From a virus: 64,000 nt of DNA. Positions 30,450-39,375 of the stretch are shown in pieces (position 1 is the first letter of the stretch; each line of letters begins with the position of its first letter). The notes beneath the pieces are model-generated. The model saw nothing but the letters and a program-made list of their open reading frames with translations. It ran no database searches and had not been told where the DNA came from. The position numbers and the translations under genes were made by a program. The stretch lies in IMG/VR virus record IMGVR_UViG_3300027759_003534, positions 118,567-182,566 of that record. The stretch is one strand, 5' to 3'.

Positions 30450-31448
30450 TTAACATAGATCCTCTTTGATCCATTTATTAACATAGCCATCAGCCACAAG
30501 ATTGCCTACAATACCTGTTAAAATTTTAGTCACCTGAAGAATCATATCGTTAACCCCGTTAATATGCCAATCAAATTTGTCTTCTTTGATTAGATTGTTC
30601 TCTTTTAAAAAAATTAAATCTTTTTTCATCGCTGAATATACAGACAATCTAATTAATTGAAAGTTAAAAAAATTTGCAGGTTCGTGTTCAAACGAGAGTA
30701 GTTCTTTATGCAACTGATTTTTATGTAGACGCCGTTTCAGTAAAGGGGTATCTATCACATAGCAACCACCTACAAGAAACGATCTCCAGGCCATTACCTT
30801 ATCATGTCCGTATGTGCAATAAGATGTTGTCAATAATGGAAAATCTTTGAATAACGATTTACGCCAGGCCATATTACTACCAATCAGACGGTCATCTCGA
30901 TCTGTGATTACATCGGCATATTTTACAGACTCTACTTTTATATTAGATAAGGAAAAATCTTTTGGCTTGCCTAGTGCTTTTCCTTGGCTGTCAATCATTA
31001 AAGGATTCACAAAAATCATAGATACGGTTTTATCTTCTTGGTTGAATGCCTTAATCAAAACCGAACACCGAAGAGGGTGTGAGATGTCGTCGCCGTGAGC
31101 TTGACACACCAACTCGCAGGATGCTTTTTTGGCCAACAAGTGTAGGTGATCTCTTATTAACTGTGATGATCCAATACGCATCAAGACTGTGTGTTTTGAT
31201 CCATGTTGACTGATGTAGTCAACTACTGCCCGATATGCAACAACAAAAGTATCATCGGTAGAAGCGTCATCTGATATCAGGATCTCGGCCACTACATCTT
31301 GTTGCGCTAAAACTGAAACAACTGCATCGGCAACAAATTCCGTACAGTTATAAATGGGCATGACTACGGAAATTTCTGGGTGATCTGCTCCTTGGTGAAC
31401 GACTACAAAGTTGTCCTTATAGATGCTTGAATCGTTAATCATACTCAT
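30450..31448 (-). CDS. Glycosyltransferase family 2
   Basis: ISVVMPIYN, ISDDASTD, AHGDD (DXD-like). Confidence 0.85.
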   Translation of the reverse strand: MSMINDSSIYKDNFVVVHQGADHPEISVVMPIYNCTEFVADAVVSVLAQQDVVAEILISDDASTDDTFVVAYRAVVDYISQHGSKHTVLMRIGSSQLIRDHLHLLAKKASCELVCQAHGDDISHPLRCSVLIKAFNQEDKTVSMIFVNPLMIDSQGKALGKPKDFSLSNIKVESVKYADVITDRDDRLIGSNMAWRKSLFKDFPLLTTSYCTYGHDKVMAWRSFLVGGCYVIDTPLLKRRLHKNQLHKELLSFEHEPANFFNFQLIRLSVYSAMKKDLIFLKENNLIKEDKFDWHINGVNDMILQVTKILTGIVGNLVADGYVNKWIKEDLC

Positions 31449-32085
31449 GCCCGGGAATTCCAAGATTTTTTGAATATTCTTGCGTGTTGCGATTTATCAA
31501 GGTACTGGAGCCAATAAAACTTCCATCAGCAATGATGATTGAATTCAATACCGTAGTGTTCAAACCAATATATGTTTGCGAACCAATTGTGGTCCTGCTA
31601 CCCACCGTAACTTCGGCTGATATGAAGCAGTGGTCTTTGACCACACAGTGATGTCCTAAGTTAACACCGGAACGAACGATTGTGTTGTTGCCAATTGTAA
31701 CAAAAGGTTGCACTACGGCGCCTTCGTATATTAATACATTTTCACCAATGTTAACATTCGTTGCTACCATGGCTTGGCTGGATATGTAATTGATAAACCG
31801 GTAGCCCATGGTCTTGATTAACTCGTAGCGAGTTTGTCTGAACACGTTGGTGTTGTAAGGATTTGATATTTGAAACCCTGCAGGAAATATAAAATCAAAT
31901 TGGTCAGGCGGAAATTCTTCCTGTATGTTTTCAAATGCCACAACTGGAAGGTTTTCATAACTGGAGTTGGTAATCCTGTCTTGGTCCACGGTAAATGCTG
32001 CCACTTGGTAAGGACTGTCTACAGATAGATAATAATGAGTAGTGCTGGCCGAATCCTGATTGCCAAATATTATTACGGGTTTCAT
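31435..32085 (-). CDS. Sugar O-acyltransferase (NeuD/PglD-like hexapeptide repeat)
   Basis: IGENVLI, IGNNTIV, LGHH, IGSQTYIG left-handed beta-helix repeats. Confidence 0.85.
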   Translation of the reverse strand: MKPVIIFGNQDSASTTHYYLSVDSPYQVAAFTVDQDRITNSSYENLPVVAFENIQEEFPPDQFDFIFPAGFQISNPYNTNVFRQTRYELIKTMGYRFINYISSQAMVATNVNIGENVLIYEGAVVQPFVTIGNNTIVRSGVNLGHHCVVKDHCFISAEVTVGSRTTIGSQTYIGLNTTVLNSIIIADGSFIGSSTLINRNTQEYSKNLGIPGHEYD

Positions 32086-32093
32086 TTTAATAC

Positions 32094-32399
32094 TTATGTA
32101 TGATTTAGGTAGCGAAGCACAAAAAAGCTCATTTGAGCTTCGTTATAGAAGTCCAGATGTATCTGCGGTTCATAATGATAACGATTATGGAATCCTTCGC
32201 TTTTCATTACTTCCCACGTGTCTTTGTCATGCTCGACCAGACCTTTGTGATGACGTATGGTAAATCCTAGTTCACGTTTCATACGCCAGCTGACCAACAT
32301 GGTGGCACGACCGTGTTCTTCCAACAAGCGATGGTGTAGTTCCTCAAACTCACGCACACTATGGAATATGATTAGATTCTTTTTGACAGTGGTTTTCAT
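32094..32399 (-). CDS. Small paralogue-array protein
   Basis: Ends DFYNEAQMSFFVLRYL. Confidence 0.75.
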   Translation of the reverse strand: MKTTVKKNLIIFHSVREFEELHHRLLEEHGRATMLVSWRMKRELGFTIRHHKGLVEHDKDTWEVMKSEGFHNRYHYEPQIHLDFYNEAQMSFFVLRYLNHT

Positions 32400-32402
32400 T
32401 CT

Positions 32403-32624
32403 TTACACAAATCGTAATCTAAACATTAAGGCATCCTGCTCATTGCTAAACCAATAACAATCTTCGTGTGGTCCCTCTACTACAACTGCCATGGTCATGT
32501 CTGGAAAATCCTTCCACCATGACTCATTCCATACACCTATATTGACTTGACACCAGAGCTCGCACTCGGTATAGTGAGTGTAAGTTTTAACTGGAATAGT
32601 TAATCTAGGATTACGATCAATCAT
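32403..32624 (-). CDS. Small paralogue-array protein
   Basis: Ends WFSNEQDALMFRLRF. Confidence 0.75.
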   Translation of the reverse strand: MIDRNPRLTIPVKTYTHYTECELWCQVNIGVWNESWWKDFPDMTMAVVVEGPHEDCYWFSNEQDALMFRLRFV

Positions 32625-32869
32625 TTGTATTTCAATCTAAACAAGGTAGCATCCGCTGGATCAACAAAGTAAAAGGCCGCGGCCTCATCAAAGTAGGCAC
32701 TAACATCCGATGTTTCGACCAACTCTGACCATACTAAACTTAACTTATTTGCCCAACAGTATTTTTTCATTGCCCACATACGAAACGCAGGATCGTTGAC
32801 CACAACCAAGTGACATTGGTCCAGTGCCGATTCAGCAGGTCTAGGTAGGGTGTAGTTGTTAACATGCAT
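32621..32869 (-). CDS. Small paralogue-array protein
   Basis: Ends YFVDPADATLFRLKY. Confidence 0.75.
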   Translation of the reverse strand: MHVNNYTLPRPAESALDQCHLVVVNDPAFRMWAMKKYCWANKLSLVWSELVETSDVSAYFDEAAAFYFVDPADATLFRLKYK

Positions 32870-33144
32870 TATTGGCCAAACTTTAATAGGAACATGGTGT
32901 ACTTCTTTTCATCTATAACGGCATAGTCTAACTTTATGTCATCGCCATCATAAACTAGTTTAACACCATAGTATTCTTTAACATAGTCGTAGAACGTAAG
33001 AAAACCTTGCCCAACAGGTACCACTTGTGCTAGTGCATCGTATTCATTCTTAACTTGCTGTAAGCGCAGGAAGTGTGTAGTGTCACCACCTATGATAGTG
33101 TCTAATCTGGCGGCGGTGTTGATGTAGTATTCATCCTGGCTCAT
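32869..33144 (-). CDS. Small paralogue-array protein
   Basis: Ends VIDEKKYTMFLLKF. Confidence 0.75.
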   Translation of the reverse strand: MSQDEYYINTAARLDTIIGGDTTHFLRLQQVKNEYDALAQVVPVGQGFLTFYDYVKEYYGVKLVYDGDDIKLDYAVIDEKKYTMFLLKFGQ

Positions 33145-33418
33145 CTTGCCACCATTTGATTGTTTTTGCCTTGAGCTTGACTAAGGTAAACTCGTGAGGA
33201 TCCACTGACCGATGTCCATGCCAGATTGGATGTACTTGGTATACACCGTTACGATTTTCTACCCATACTCTACTACTGCGAGCCACAAACTCGTCGTGCG
33301 TTTTAAAACACATCTTGCCATTGTCTGCCGGGCTACAGTTGGCCATACACCACCACCGCCACTTGTCTCCGTGCGGTGTACTGTTATACTTGGGATCTAT
33401 TTCGTAATAGTAATTCAT
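33131..33418 (-). CDS. Small hypothetical protein
   Basis: 95-aa coupled ORF; ends DPHEFTLVKLK. Confidence 0.7.
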   Translation of the reverse strand: MNYYYEIDPKYNSTPHGDKWRWWCMANCSPADNGKMCFKTHDEFVARSSRVWVENRNGVYQVHPIWHGHRSVDPHEFTLVKLKAKTIKWWQDEPG

Positions 33419-33633
33419 TTAGCCCACTTCAATTGAAAATATGTTGCCCATTGTTTGTCCTTAAAATCAAACTCCACTGTGGCCGGAGTTATTATATCAT
33501 CGCCTAACCATGTATTTACTGCCGGAGTGAATCGCCAAGTGTAATCAACGTCACGACGCAGGCCTTGATCTGCAATTTGATCGTTGTATAAGAAAGCCTC
33601 GTGGGCTGTTTTAACTGTGATCTTCAACCCCAT
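33415..33633 (-). CDS. Small paralogue-array protein
   Basis: Ends DFKDKQWATYFQLKW. Confidence 0.75.
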   Translation of the reverse strand: MGLKITVKTAHEAFLYNDQIADQGLRRDVDYTWRFTPAVNTWLGDDIITPATVEFDFKDKQWATYFQLKWAK

Positions 33634-33842
33634 TGTAACATGAACCAAGTGTAATCTTCGTCGCGGTCGAATATATAGTAAACTGTTTCAGCAGGACTAT
33701 TAGGATCAATCCTGCACTTAAACGCTTCACGCCAACGCCGTCCGTACTGTCTAGGCTGTTCTAAATTCTCAACAGGTAATGTCCGCCTGGCATTCCAGTA
33801 TGCATGGTTAAACGCATCGTCTAGGACATTAACTCTAATCAT
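33624..33842 (-). CDS. Small paralogue-array protein
   Basis: Ends IFDRDEDYTWFMLQW; ATG 33842 overlaps upstream TGA. Confidence 0.75.
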   Translation of the reverse strand: MIRVNVLDDAFNHAYWNARRTLPVENLEQPRQYGRRWREAFKCRIDPNSPAETVYYIFDRDEDYTWFMLQWG

Positions 33843-34030
33843 GACCACCTTAACATAAACAACACATAGTCTGAATCCCATTCGAATTCAAACACACCTT
33901 CGCTAATGAACAACCAAGGCCCTTCACAATGCTCGTCGCACCATTTGATACAAGGTGTCCAACCTTGATATCTGTGACCTGACACTGGATCTGAATTTGC
34001 TATGGGTGCCATAACACTAGCTATTTTCAT
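33839..34030 (-). CDS. Small paralogue-array protein
   Basis: Ends EFEWDSDYVLFMLRW. Confidence 0.75.
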   Translation of the reverse strand: MKIASVMAPIANSDPVSGHRYQGWTPCIKWCDEHCEGPWLFISEGVFEFEWDSDYVLFMLRWS

Positions 34031-34278
34031 ACCGGATTACCGTGCCGTATCTTAAACCAACTCAATTCTTCGTCGCCACGTAGGTAAACAGTACAGCCGG
34101 CTAGTCTAATCTCAAATCCCCAATGCGGATTGTATATAGTATCACGATCAACCTGTTCAGCTAGTCCATAAGTCTGCGATAGCCATTGCCTTACTGAGTG
34201 GAACTCCAACATTCGACCTATCCTAATTAGATACTTAAAATGATTGTTCGGTCTAGTGTCTTCTAAGGTATAGTTCAT
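34027..34278 (-). CDS. Small paralogue-array protein
   Basis: Ends YLRGDEELSWFKIRH. Confidence 0.75.
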   Translation of the reverse strand: MNYTLEDTRPNNHFKYLIRIGRMLEFHSVRQWLSQTYGLAEQVDRDTIYNPHWGFEIRLAGCTVYLRGDEELSWFKIRHGNPV

Positions 34279-34291
34279 AGTATAAAAGGTT

Positions 34292-34339
34292 GGAGGGCGG
34301 TGCGAACACAGCCCGTGTAATACCGCTACACCACCCTCC
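34292..34339 (-). other. GC-rich intergenic stem-loop with alternative pairing
   Basis: ggagggcggtg (34292-34302) pairs with caccaccctcc (34329-34339); GCGGT can instead pair with ACCGC (34322-34326). Confidence 0.55.
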
Positions 34340-34347
34340 TTGGACGA

Positions 34348-35433
34348 CTAGGCGGATGCCTGTAAAATGTACTTGCCGTAGCGTTGATGGAATTCATCAA
34401 AGTTCTTGAGCTTGGTAGGCTGGAACGGTAAGTTGTATGTGGTAAGCGCAATTCTAGCACCCATAACAACCAACTCGGTTTCAAAGTTCTTCATCATGTA
34501 AGCAAAGAAATTATCGGCCATTTCATGGAACTGCTTGTCAGATACCTTTTGCTCAATTGCGGCTTTGAGCTCATAGCACATACTAATTACCAGGCTATAC
34601 ATAGCTGATACCTCTTTGACATTCAACTCTTTTTCCTTGCCTGCCAGGATATCTTCTGGCTTAGGCATCTTACCAGCAATCTTGCGGTGTGCCATAAACT
34701 TAACAGCAAGGCCTTCACCTACAGTGCCGGCAATCAGGTTCATGATTGTGTCATCATCGCTGTCGTCATCTTCCAACAATTCGCTTACGAATGTCCATGA
34801 ACGTGGTGTTGCAAAGGCGCGGCTTGCTGACTTGGCATCAAAATCGTAGAGATCCTGCTTGGCGTATGAAATGTAACCTACTACATCTTTGTGAATGTTT
34901 TTGTTCACTGCCCACTCTTGCCAGCTTGAAAAGTCACATTTCATTTCTTGATGAATGAAACGATTTGCAAGTGGAGTTGGCATACGATATGTGACACCTT
35001 TGTCACTTTCTCTATTGCCAGCAGCAACCATTACTACATTGTCAGGCAGTATGTATTTGCCACTACGACGATTTAGGATCAACTGATAGGCCGCGGCCTG
35101 TACACTAGGAGCCGCACTGTTGAGTTCGTCAAAGAACACAACCACAATAGGATGCTGGCTAGCGAATTCTTCTGTAGGAAGATCGATAGGTTCGGCCCAG
35201 TCCATCTTGCCGTTGTCTTTATTATAAAACGGAATACCACGAATGTCTGTCGGCTCCATCTGACCCAAACGAAGGTCAATCATTACACCACCAAGTTCAG
35301 CAGTGATGTCTGCTACCAATTCACTCTTACCAATACCAGGAGGGCCCCACAGGAATAGTGGGCGTTGTTTTTTAAATGCTTTGAGTAGACTCTTGCGAGC
35401 TTGAGTCGAAGTGACGGTTCTTGTTTCTGACAT
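34348..35433 (-). CDS. MoxR-like AAA+ ATPase
   Basis: Walker A GPPGIGKS, Walker B VFFDE, AAGN, LANRF. Confidence 0.92.
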   Translation of the reverse strand: MSETRTVTSTQARKSLLKAFKKQRPLFLWGPPGIGKSELVADITAELGGVMIDLRLGQMEPTDIRGIPFYNKDNGKMDWAEPIDLPTEEFASQHPIVVVFFDELNSAAPSVQAAAYQLILNRRSGKYILPDNVVMVAAGNRESDKGVTYRMPTPLANRFIHQEMKCDFSSWQEWAVNKNIHKDVVGYISYAKQDLYDFDAKSASRAFATPRSWTFVSELLEDDDSDDDTIMNLIAGTVGEGLAVKFMAHRKIAGKMPKPEDILAGKEKELNVKEVSAMYSLVISMCYELKAAIEQKVSDKQFHEMADNFFAYMMKNFETELVVMGARIALTTYNLPFQPTKLKNFDEFHQRYGKYILQASA

Positions 35434-35470
35434 GAGGGCTGTGTCCTATAAATTGTGATTAAAATTAACT

Positions 35471-35511
35471 ACTATACGACTATTATACTATTAAAGAGAT
35501 TTTTGTGTCAA
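35471..35511 (-). promoter_or_regulatory. sigma70 promoter TTGACA-N18-TATAAT with AGTCGTATAGT downstream
   Basis: -35 at 35506-35511, -10 at 35482-35487, upstream of MoxR. Confidence 0.75.
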
Positions 35512-35700
35512 ACGGTCAAAGATCTGCTGTTGTAAAACGACAACATCTTCATGGCTTACATAGAAGTCGGTGCGTGGGTCATAATACTCTCCAGCTCGGG
35601 GATCGTAGTATAGGACAGCACCACTAGGGTAATGAAAAGGTCCTTCTAAGCCTGCACGTGGGCCAAAGTTAGGATCATGTTGGAAAACGGTGTAAGCCAT
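35491..35700 (-). CDS. Hypothetical protein
   Basis: 69 aa, AAGGAG SD; YYDPRAGEYYDPRTD internal repeat. Confidence 0.8.
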   Translation of the reverse strand: MAYTVFQHDPNFGPRAGLEGPFHYPSGAVLYYDPRAGEYYDPRTDFYVSHEDVVVLQQQIFDRLTQKSL

Positions 35701-35718
35701 CTTGAACTCCTTTTAATT

Positions 35719-35760
35719 ACTATACAACTATTATAGCAAAATGGAAATTAATGGTCAACC
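35719..35760 (-). promoter_or_regulatory. sigma70 promoter TTGACC-N17-TATAAT with AGTTGTATAGT downstream
   Basis: -35 at 35753-35758, -10 at 35730-35735. Confidence 0.85.
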
Positions 35761-35788
35761 ACCAGCGAGAATACTGTTTATCTACTGT

Positions 35789-36946
35789 TTATTCTAAAAA
35801 ATACTCTTTACTGAAACTTAGTTTTTGACCAAAATAAATGTTGTTGGGGTTGTTTCTCCAGTAGTCTGGTATTTTGTTCCATATATTGGCCATGCTATTA
35901 TAGAAATTTTTAGCAGCCTTTTCGTTGTTGTTGGCGGAAAAAAACCAGTTGTCGCGTTGGGCAAAAAAGATGCTAGGAGTTTTGCTTTCTACATACACCG
36001 TAGGGTTCCATTTTGGGTATATCAAGGTATGCACTCCAGACGCACTCAACCAAAGTTGTGATCCATCTGACAAGTATTTGTAAGCCAAATCTGATTTTGT
36101 TTTTGTCATAAATTCTGTACGTTCATTGGCATGTTGCAAATAATTTTTAATAACATGAGCCTGTTTGATTGGGATTAGTGGAGCTTCTGGAGACCAATAA
36201 AAAAGCTCATAGTTATTGCCGTCCTTATTTTCTTTTTGTTCACGTGCCGAAATTGCCATATCAACACTTTCGATAAATCTAAATGCATATCGTCCTTCTT
36301 TAAGAGTGACTCGAGGTTTATCCAGGCCATAAATTATGACTAGCCTACGACCCGAATCTATAATATCTCTCCATTCGGGTATGCGTTCTTTTAAACCATA
36401 TTTAAAACTGTGCCAGGGAGTTCTATGTATATTGGTTTCGTAACCCCAAGATTCTATCATGTCAGAGTTTTCAAACCGCTCAATTACATCCTGGGTAAAA
36501 TCAATTGTTCTGAACTGCAGATCAGGCCATTTAACCTTGAGTTGTTCAAACTTAGGAGTAACCACTTTGAATATTTCAGCATTGGCTAAGTTGTCTGCGT
36601 CACCGGTGTATTCATAATTATGAAAACTAAACAGCTCGTCGATCTTGATGTTGTTGTCTACAAAAGTATCAAGGATATTATTGCTGTCTGCACCGCCGCT
36701 GTAGGCTAATATTACATAGTCATAATTTATGCGTATTTGTTCAGCACGTTGGCGATACAACTCACTAAGACTTTGCTTGGGCTCTACTGTCCAATCAAAT
36801 TGATTGTAAACCTGCTCATTGAAATTCCAGTGAGGATGTATGCCTGTTTTGGTATGTAGTTCGATGGCTTCCAGTTTGCTGTAGGTCTGACAATTACCAA
36901 CTTGGTAAAAGCCAAACATATCGGGGTTTTGTCTCATGACGGTCAT
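35789..36946 (-). CDS. PP-loop (adenine nucleotide alpha-hydrolase-like) protein
   Basis: ILAYSGGADS motif. Confidence 0.65.
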   Translation of the reverse strand: MTVMRQNPDMFGFYQVGNCQTYSKLEAIELHTKTGIHPHWNFNEQVYNQFDWTVEPKQSLSELYRQRAEQIRINYDYVILAYSGGADSNNILDTFVDNNIKIDELFSFHNYEYTGDADNLANAEIFKVVTPKFEQLKVKWPDLQFRTIDFTQDVIERFENSDMIESWGYETNIHRTPWHSFKYGLKERIPEWRDIIDSGRRLVIIYGLDKPRVTLKEGRYAFRFIESVDMAISAREQKENKDGNNYELFYWSPEAPLIPIKQAHVIKNYLQHANERTEFMTKTKSDLAYKYLSDGSQLWLSASGVHTLIYPKWNPTVYVESKTPSIFFAQRDNWFFSANNNEKAAKNFYNSMANIWNKIPDYWRNNPNNIYFGQKLSFSKEYFLE

Positions 36947-36949
36947 CTA

Positions 36950-37915
36950 TTATTGTTGTTCGCTAAAGTTTGAACTTTCCATGACTTTTCGACTGGAACG
37001 AATACTATCGCTAATAATCTTTAAAAACTCTGCGGATTCTGTAATTGGCAATGGATAGGCCATATTTTTGGCTAAAATATTTAAAAACTCAGGATCCTTG
37101 GCGGCTACACGCATAGCATTTCTCAACCGGTCAATCACATAAGCTGGCGTATTAGCCGGAGCAATTATACCATACCACGGAACTATGTTGGCTTCTGGCA
37201 ACTCTAATTCTGTAAACGTGGGCACGTTTGGTAGTTCGGCCAAGCGGTTCGGCCAAGCTACGGCCAAAGGAACAGCACTGCCTGCGGCAATATGTTGATT
37301 AACGGGCATGATAATTTCAGCCATGGAATTTAAATCACCTCGCAAAAAGTCTAACAACATCTGATTAGCAGCCTTGTAAGGAATCATGGTCAATTTGGTA
37401 TTGGTTTTAAAAGCAATAGTTTCCATGATCAAATGCGTATGGTTGCAATACTGTGCGCCGTAGTTAACCTTGTTGGGATTTTGCCTTGCTGTGCTGACAA
37501 GTTCTTGAAAAGTTTTTAAAGACGAATTTTTTGGCACTGCTAATACAATAGGCGAAGCTGCAAACCGCGACACAGGTGTAAAATCAGTAACTGAATTATA
37601 AGGTGCGTTCTTGACGCATTGCGGACTGATAACCAAGGCCGAAACGGTACCCATGCCTATAGTGTACCCATCAGGCTTTGCTTTTGACACCTGAGACAAC
37701 CCTATAGATCCGCCTGCTCCGGTTACATTAACTACTACCAACGGCTGTCCAAGAGAGTTAGACATGGATTTGGCTATGGCACGGGCTAAGATATCCGATG
37801 CACCACCTGTTCCGAATGGCACAATAAACTCAATGGGTTTAACCGGATAAGCAGGCGTCTGTGCTTGCGATACTATCCAAAATAATCCCAAAAAAATTGT
37901 TGCAAAATATTTCAT
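36950..37915 (-). CDS. Tripartite tricarboxylate transporter substrate-binding protein (Bug/TctC)
   Basis: Signal peptide, YPVKPIEFIVPFGTGGASDILAR, GAGGSIG, KPDGYTI, PYK; SD AAGGAG before ATG 37915. Confidence 0.92.
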   Translation of the reverse strand: MKYFATIFLGLFWIVSQAQTPAYPVKPIEFIVPFGTGGASDILARAIAKSMSNSLGQPLVVVNVTGAGGSIGLSQVSKAKPDGYTIGMGTVSALVISPQCVKNAPYNSVTDFTPVSRFAASPIVLAVPKNSSLKTFQELVSTARQNPNKVNYGAQYCNHTHLIMETIAFKTNTKLTMIPYKAANQMLLDFLRGDLNSMAEIIMPVNQHIAAGSAVPLAVAWPNRLAELPNVPTFTELELPEANIVPWYGIIAPANTPAYVIDRLRNAMRVAAKDPEFLNILAKNMAYPLPITESAEFLKIISDSIRSSRKVMESSNFSEQQ

Positions 37916-37960
37916 AAAACTCCTTTTAATGTTGTAAATGTTTTCGCCGTACGTTTTACT

Positions 37961-37988
37961 ATTATACAATGTATAGCAAAAATGTCAA
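37961..37988 (-). promoter_or_regulatory. sigma70 promoter TTGACA-N16-TATAAT
   Basis: -35 at 37983-37988, -10 at 37961-37966, upstream of Bug/TctC. Confidence 0.7.
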
Positions 37989-38002
37989 GCAATTTTTAGA
38001 AG

Positions 38003-38116
38003 CTGGCGATGAATATCGCTCACGGTGGGCGTTCTGTGTTTTTAACACAGTAAAGACATCAATATGTCAGGCGTCTGTAATATATCCGACGTCGGTGAAT
38101 CCGGCGTTGCTAGAAT
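38003..38116 (-). ncRNA. Candidate structured small RNA of unknown class
   Basis: Intergenic, directly after TATAAATA (38117-38124); several hairpins (38006-19, 38034-50, 38055-68) and palindrome CCGACGTCGG. Confidence 0.45.
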
Positions 38117-38119
38117 TAT

Positions 38120-39367
38120 TTATAACTGATCAATCCATTTTAACATTTTTATGGCCACCAAGCTATTGATAGGAATATGACCGTGTGTGTGAGCAAGAGC
38201 AATTTGATCTTGAATATAGTCAAGACCTTCGGCGTCGTGCGACAGAGAATCAGGTATGGTCAGCAACTGTTGATCCAACAATGATAACGGAATCAAGGTG
38301 TCTTTAAGCATGTCATTGTCGTATAGGCTTTCAATGCCAATATAAGGTTCCAAAAAATTATCTACATTTGAAAACATGATGTCTTGGGCTATTGTAGCAT
38401 TGGCCACGTGTGACAAACTAACACCGGTAAAATCAAGCCTTCGTAACAGATCAAATGTTAAATCTGTACCTATAGGACTGTAGACTTTATTACCATTTAT
38501 TCCATCCATCAACGCCCAGGGTTTTTGTAACAAGTGAGTGCGATCTATACCTATCCGGGGTTTGTAAACATCATAGGATTTCAAAGATTGGGTGTAAAAT
38601 GTTTGTGAGTTTAAATAATCCTTGACCTGGGCGGAAGTTACCTGGTCTTGCAACAATAACTCGTCCACAAATACAGGTTTGTGCAATAAAATTTGGTTGC
38701 CATGGAATCCAAAAATAAACGCCGTGTCACGATGTTTTCTTAATATGCTGTGCGTAGTGTAGCACTTCAAGTGCTGTAAATCTCCATGGTTAAAACTATA
38801 GGCTATATCTTCTACAGTCATGGTCATGCGGGTAATAGATTTGCACTGTGATTCTAACCTGTTTAAAAGAGCATCAACTTTGTGTTTGTTTTCTAGATTG
38901 TTATGTAGACTCAGCTCGCTGTCTTGAGTGCGATTTTCAAAACACAATATATTGGTTCTTGGCAACAGTTTTTGCGAAATGACAAAACTCAACAACACCA
39001 TTGAATCTATTCCACCACTGTAGCAAAGAGTAACTTGTGCATGGCTTTGATATATGCTTGATATGGCCCGACTTATTTGGTCATGCACCTGTTGTGTATA
39101 AAACTCTAAATTGACATTTCTTGTTACAGGCGTGCAAGACAATATATCACCATCTTGGCTGTAGATGAAATTGCCAGTGGGAATAAAATATCCAGCCCAA
39201 CAACTACCCAGTTGTGAATCGGCAATATTTATAATAGGTGCATTTGATGGGCGGAAATAGACAGCTCTATCAAGTGGTTGATTCTTGATTTTAGATATAT
39301 CTGTTTCTATTAGATTGTCTTTGACAATAAATTTATTGAGCTCTAGGTCTTTGTTACAAAACTGCAT
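38120..39367 (-). CDS. PP-loop protein, asparagine-synthase-like
   Basis: TLCYSGGIDS; FIFGFHGNQ. Confidence 0.6.
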   Translation of the reverse strand: MQFCNKDLELNKFIVKDNLIETDISKIKNQPLDRAVYFRPSNAPIINIADSQLGSCWAGYFIPTGNFIYSQDGDILSCTPVTRNVNLEFYTQQVHDQISRAISSIYQSHAQVTLCYSGGIDSMVLLSFVISQKLLPRTNILCFENRTQDSELSLHNNLENKHKVDALLNRLESQCKSITRMTMTVEDIAYSFNHGDLQHLKCYTTHSILRKHRDTAFIFGFHGNQILLHKPVFVDELLLQDQVTSAQVKDYLNSQTFYTQSLKSYDVYKPRIGIDRTHLLQKPWALMDGINGNKVYSPIGTDLTFDLLRRLDFTGVSLSHVANATIAQDIMFSNVDNFLEPYIGIESLYDNDMLKDTLIPLSLLDQQLLTIPDSLSHDAEGLDYIQDQIALAHTHGHIPINSLVAIKMLKWIDQL

Positions 39368-39375
39368 AAGTTAAA

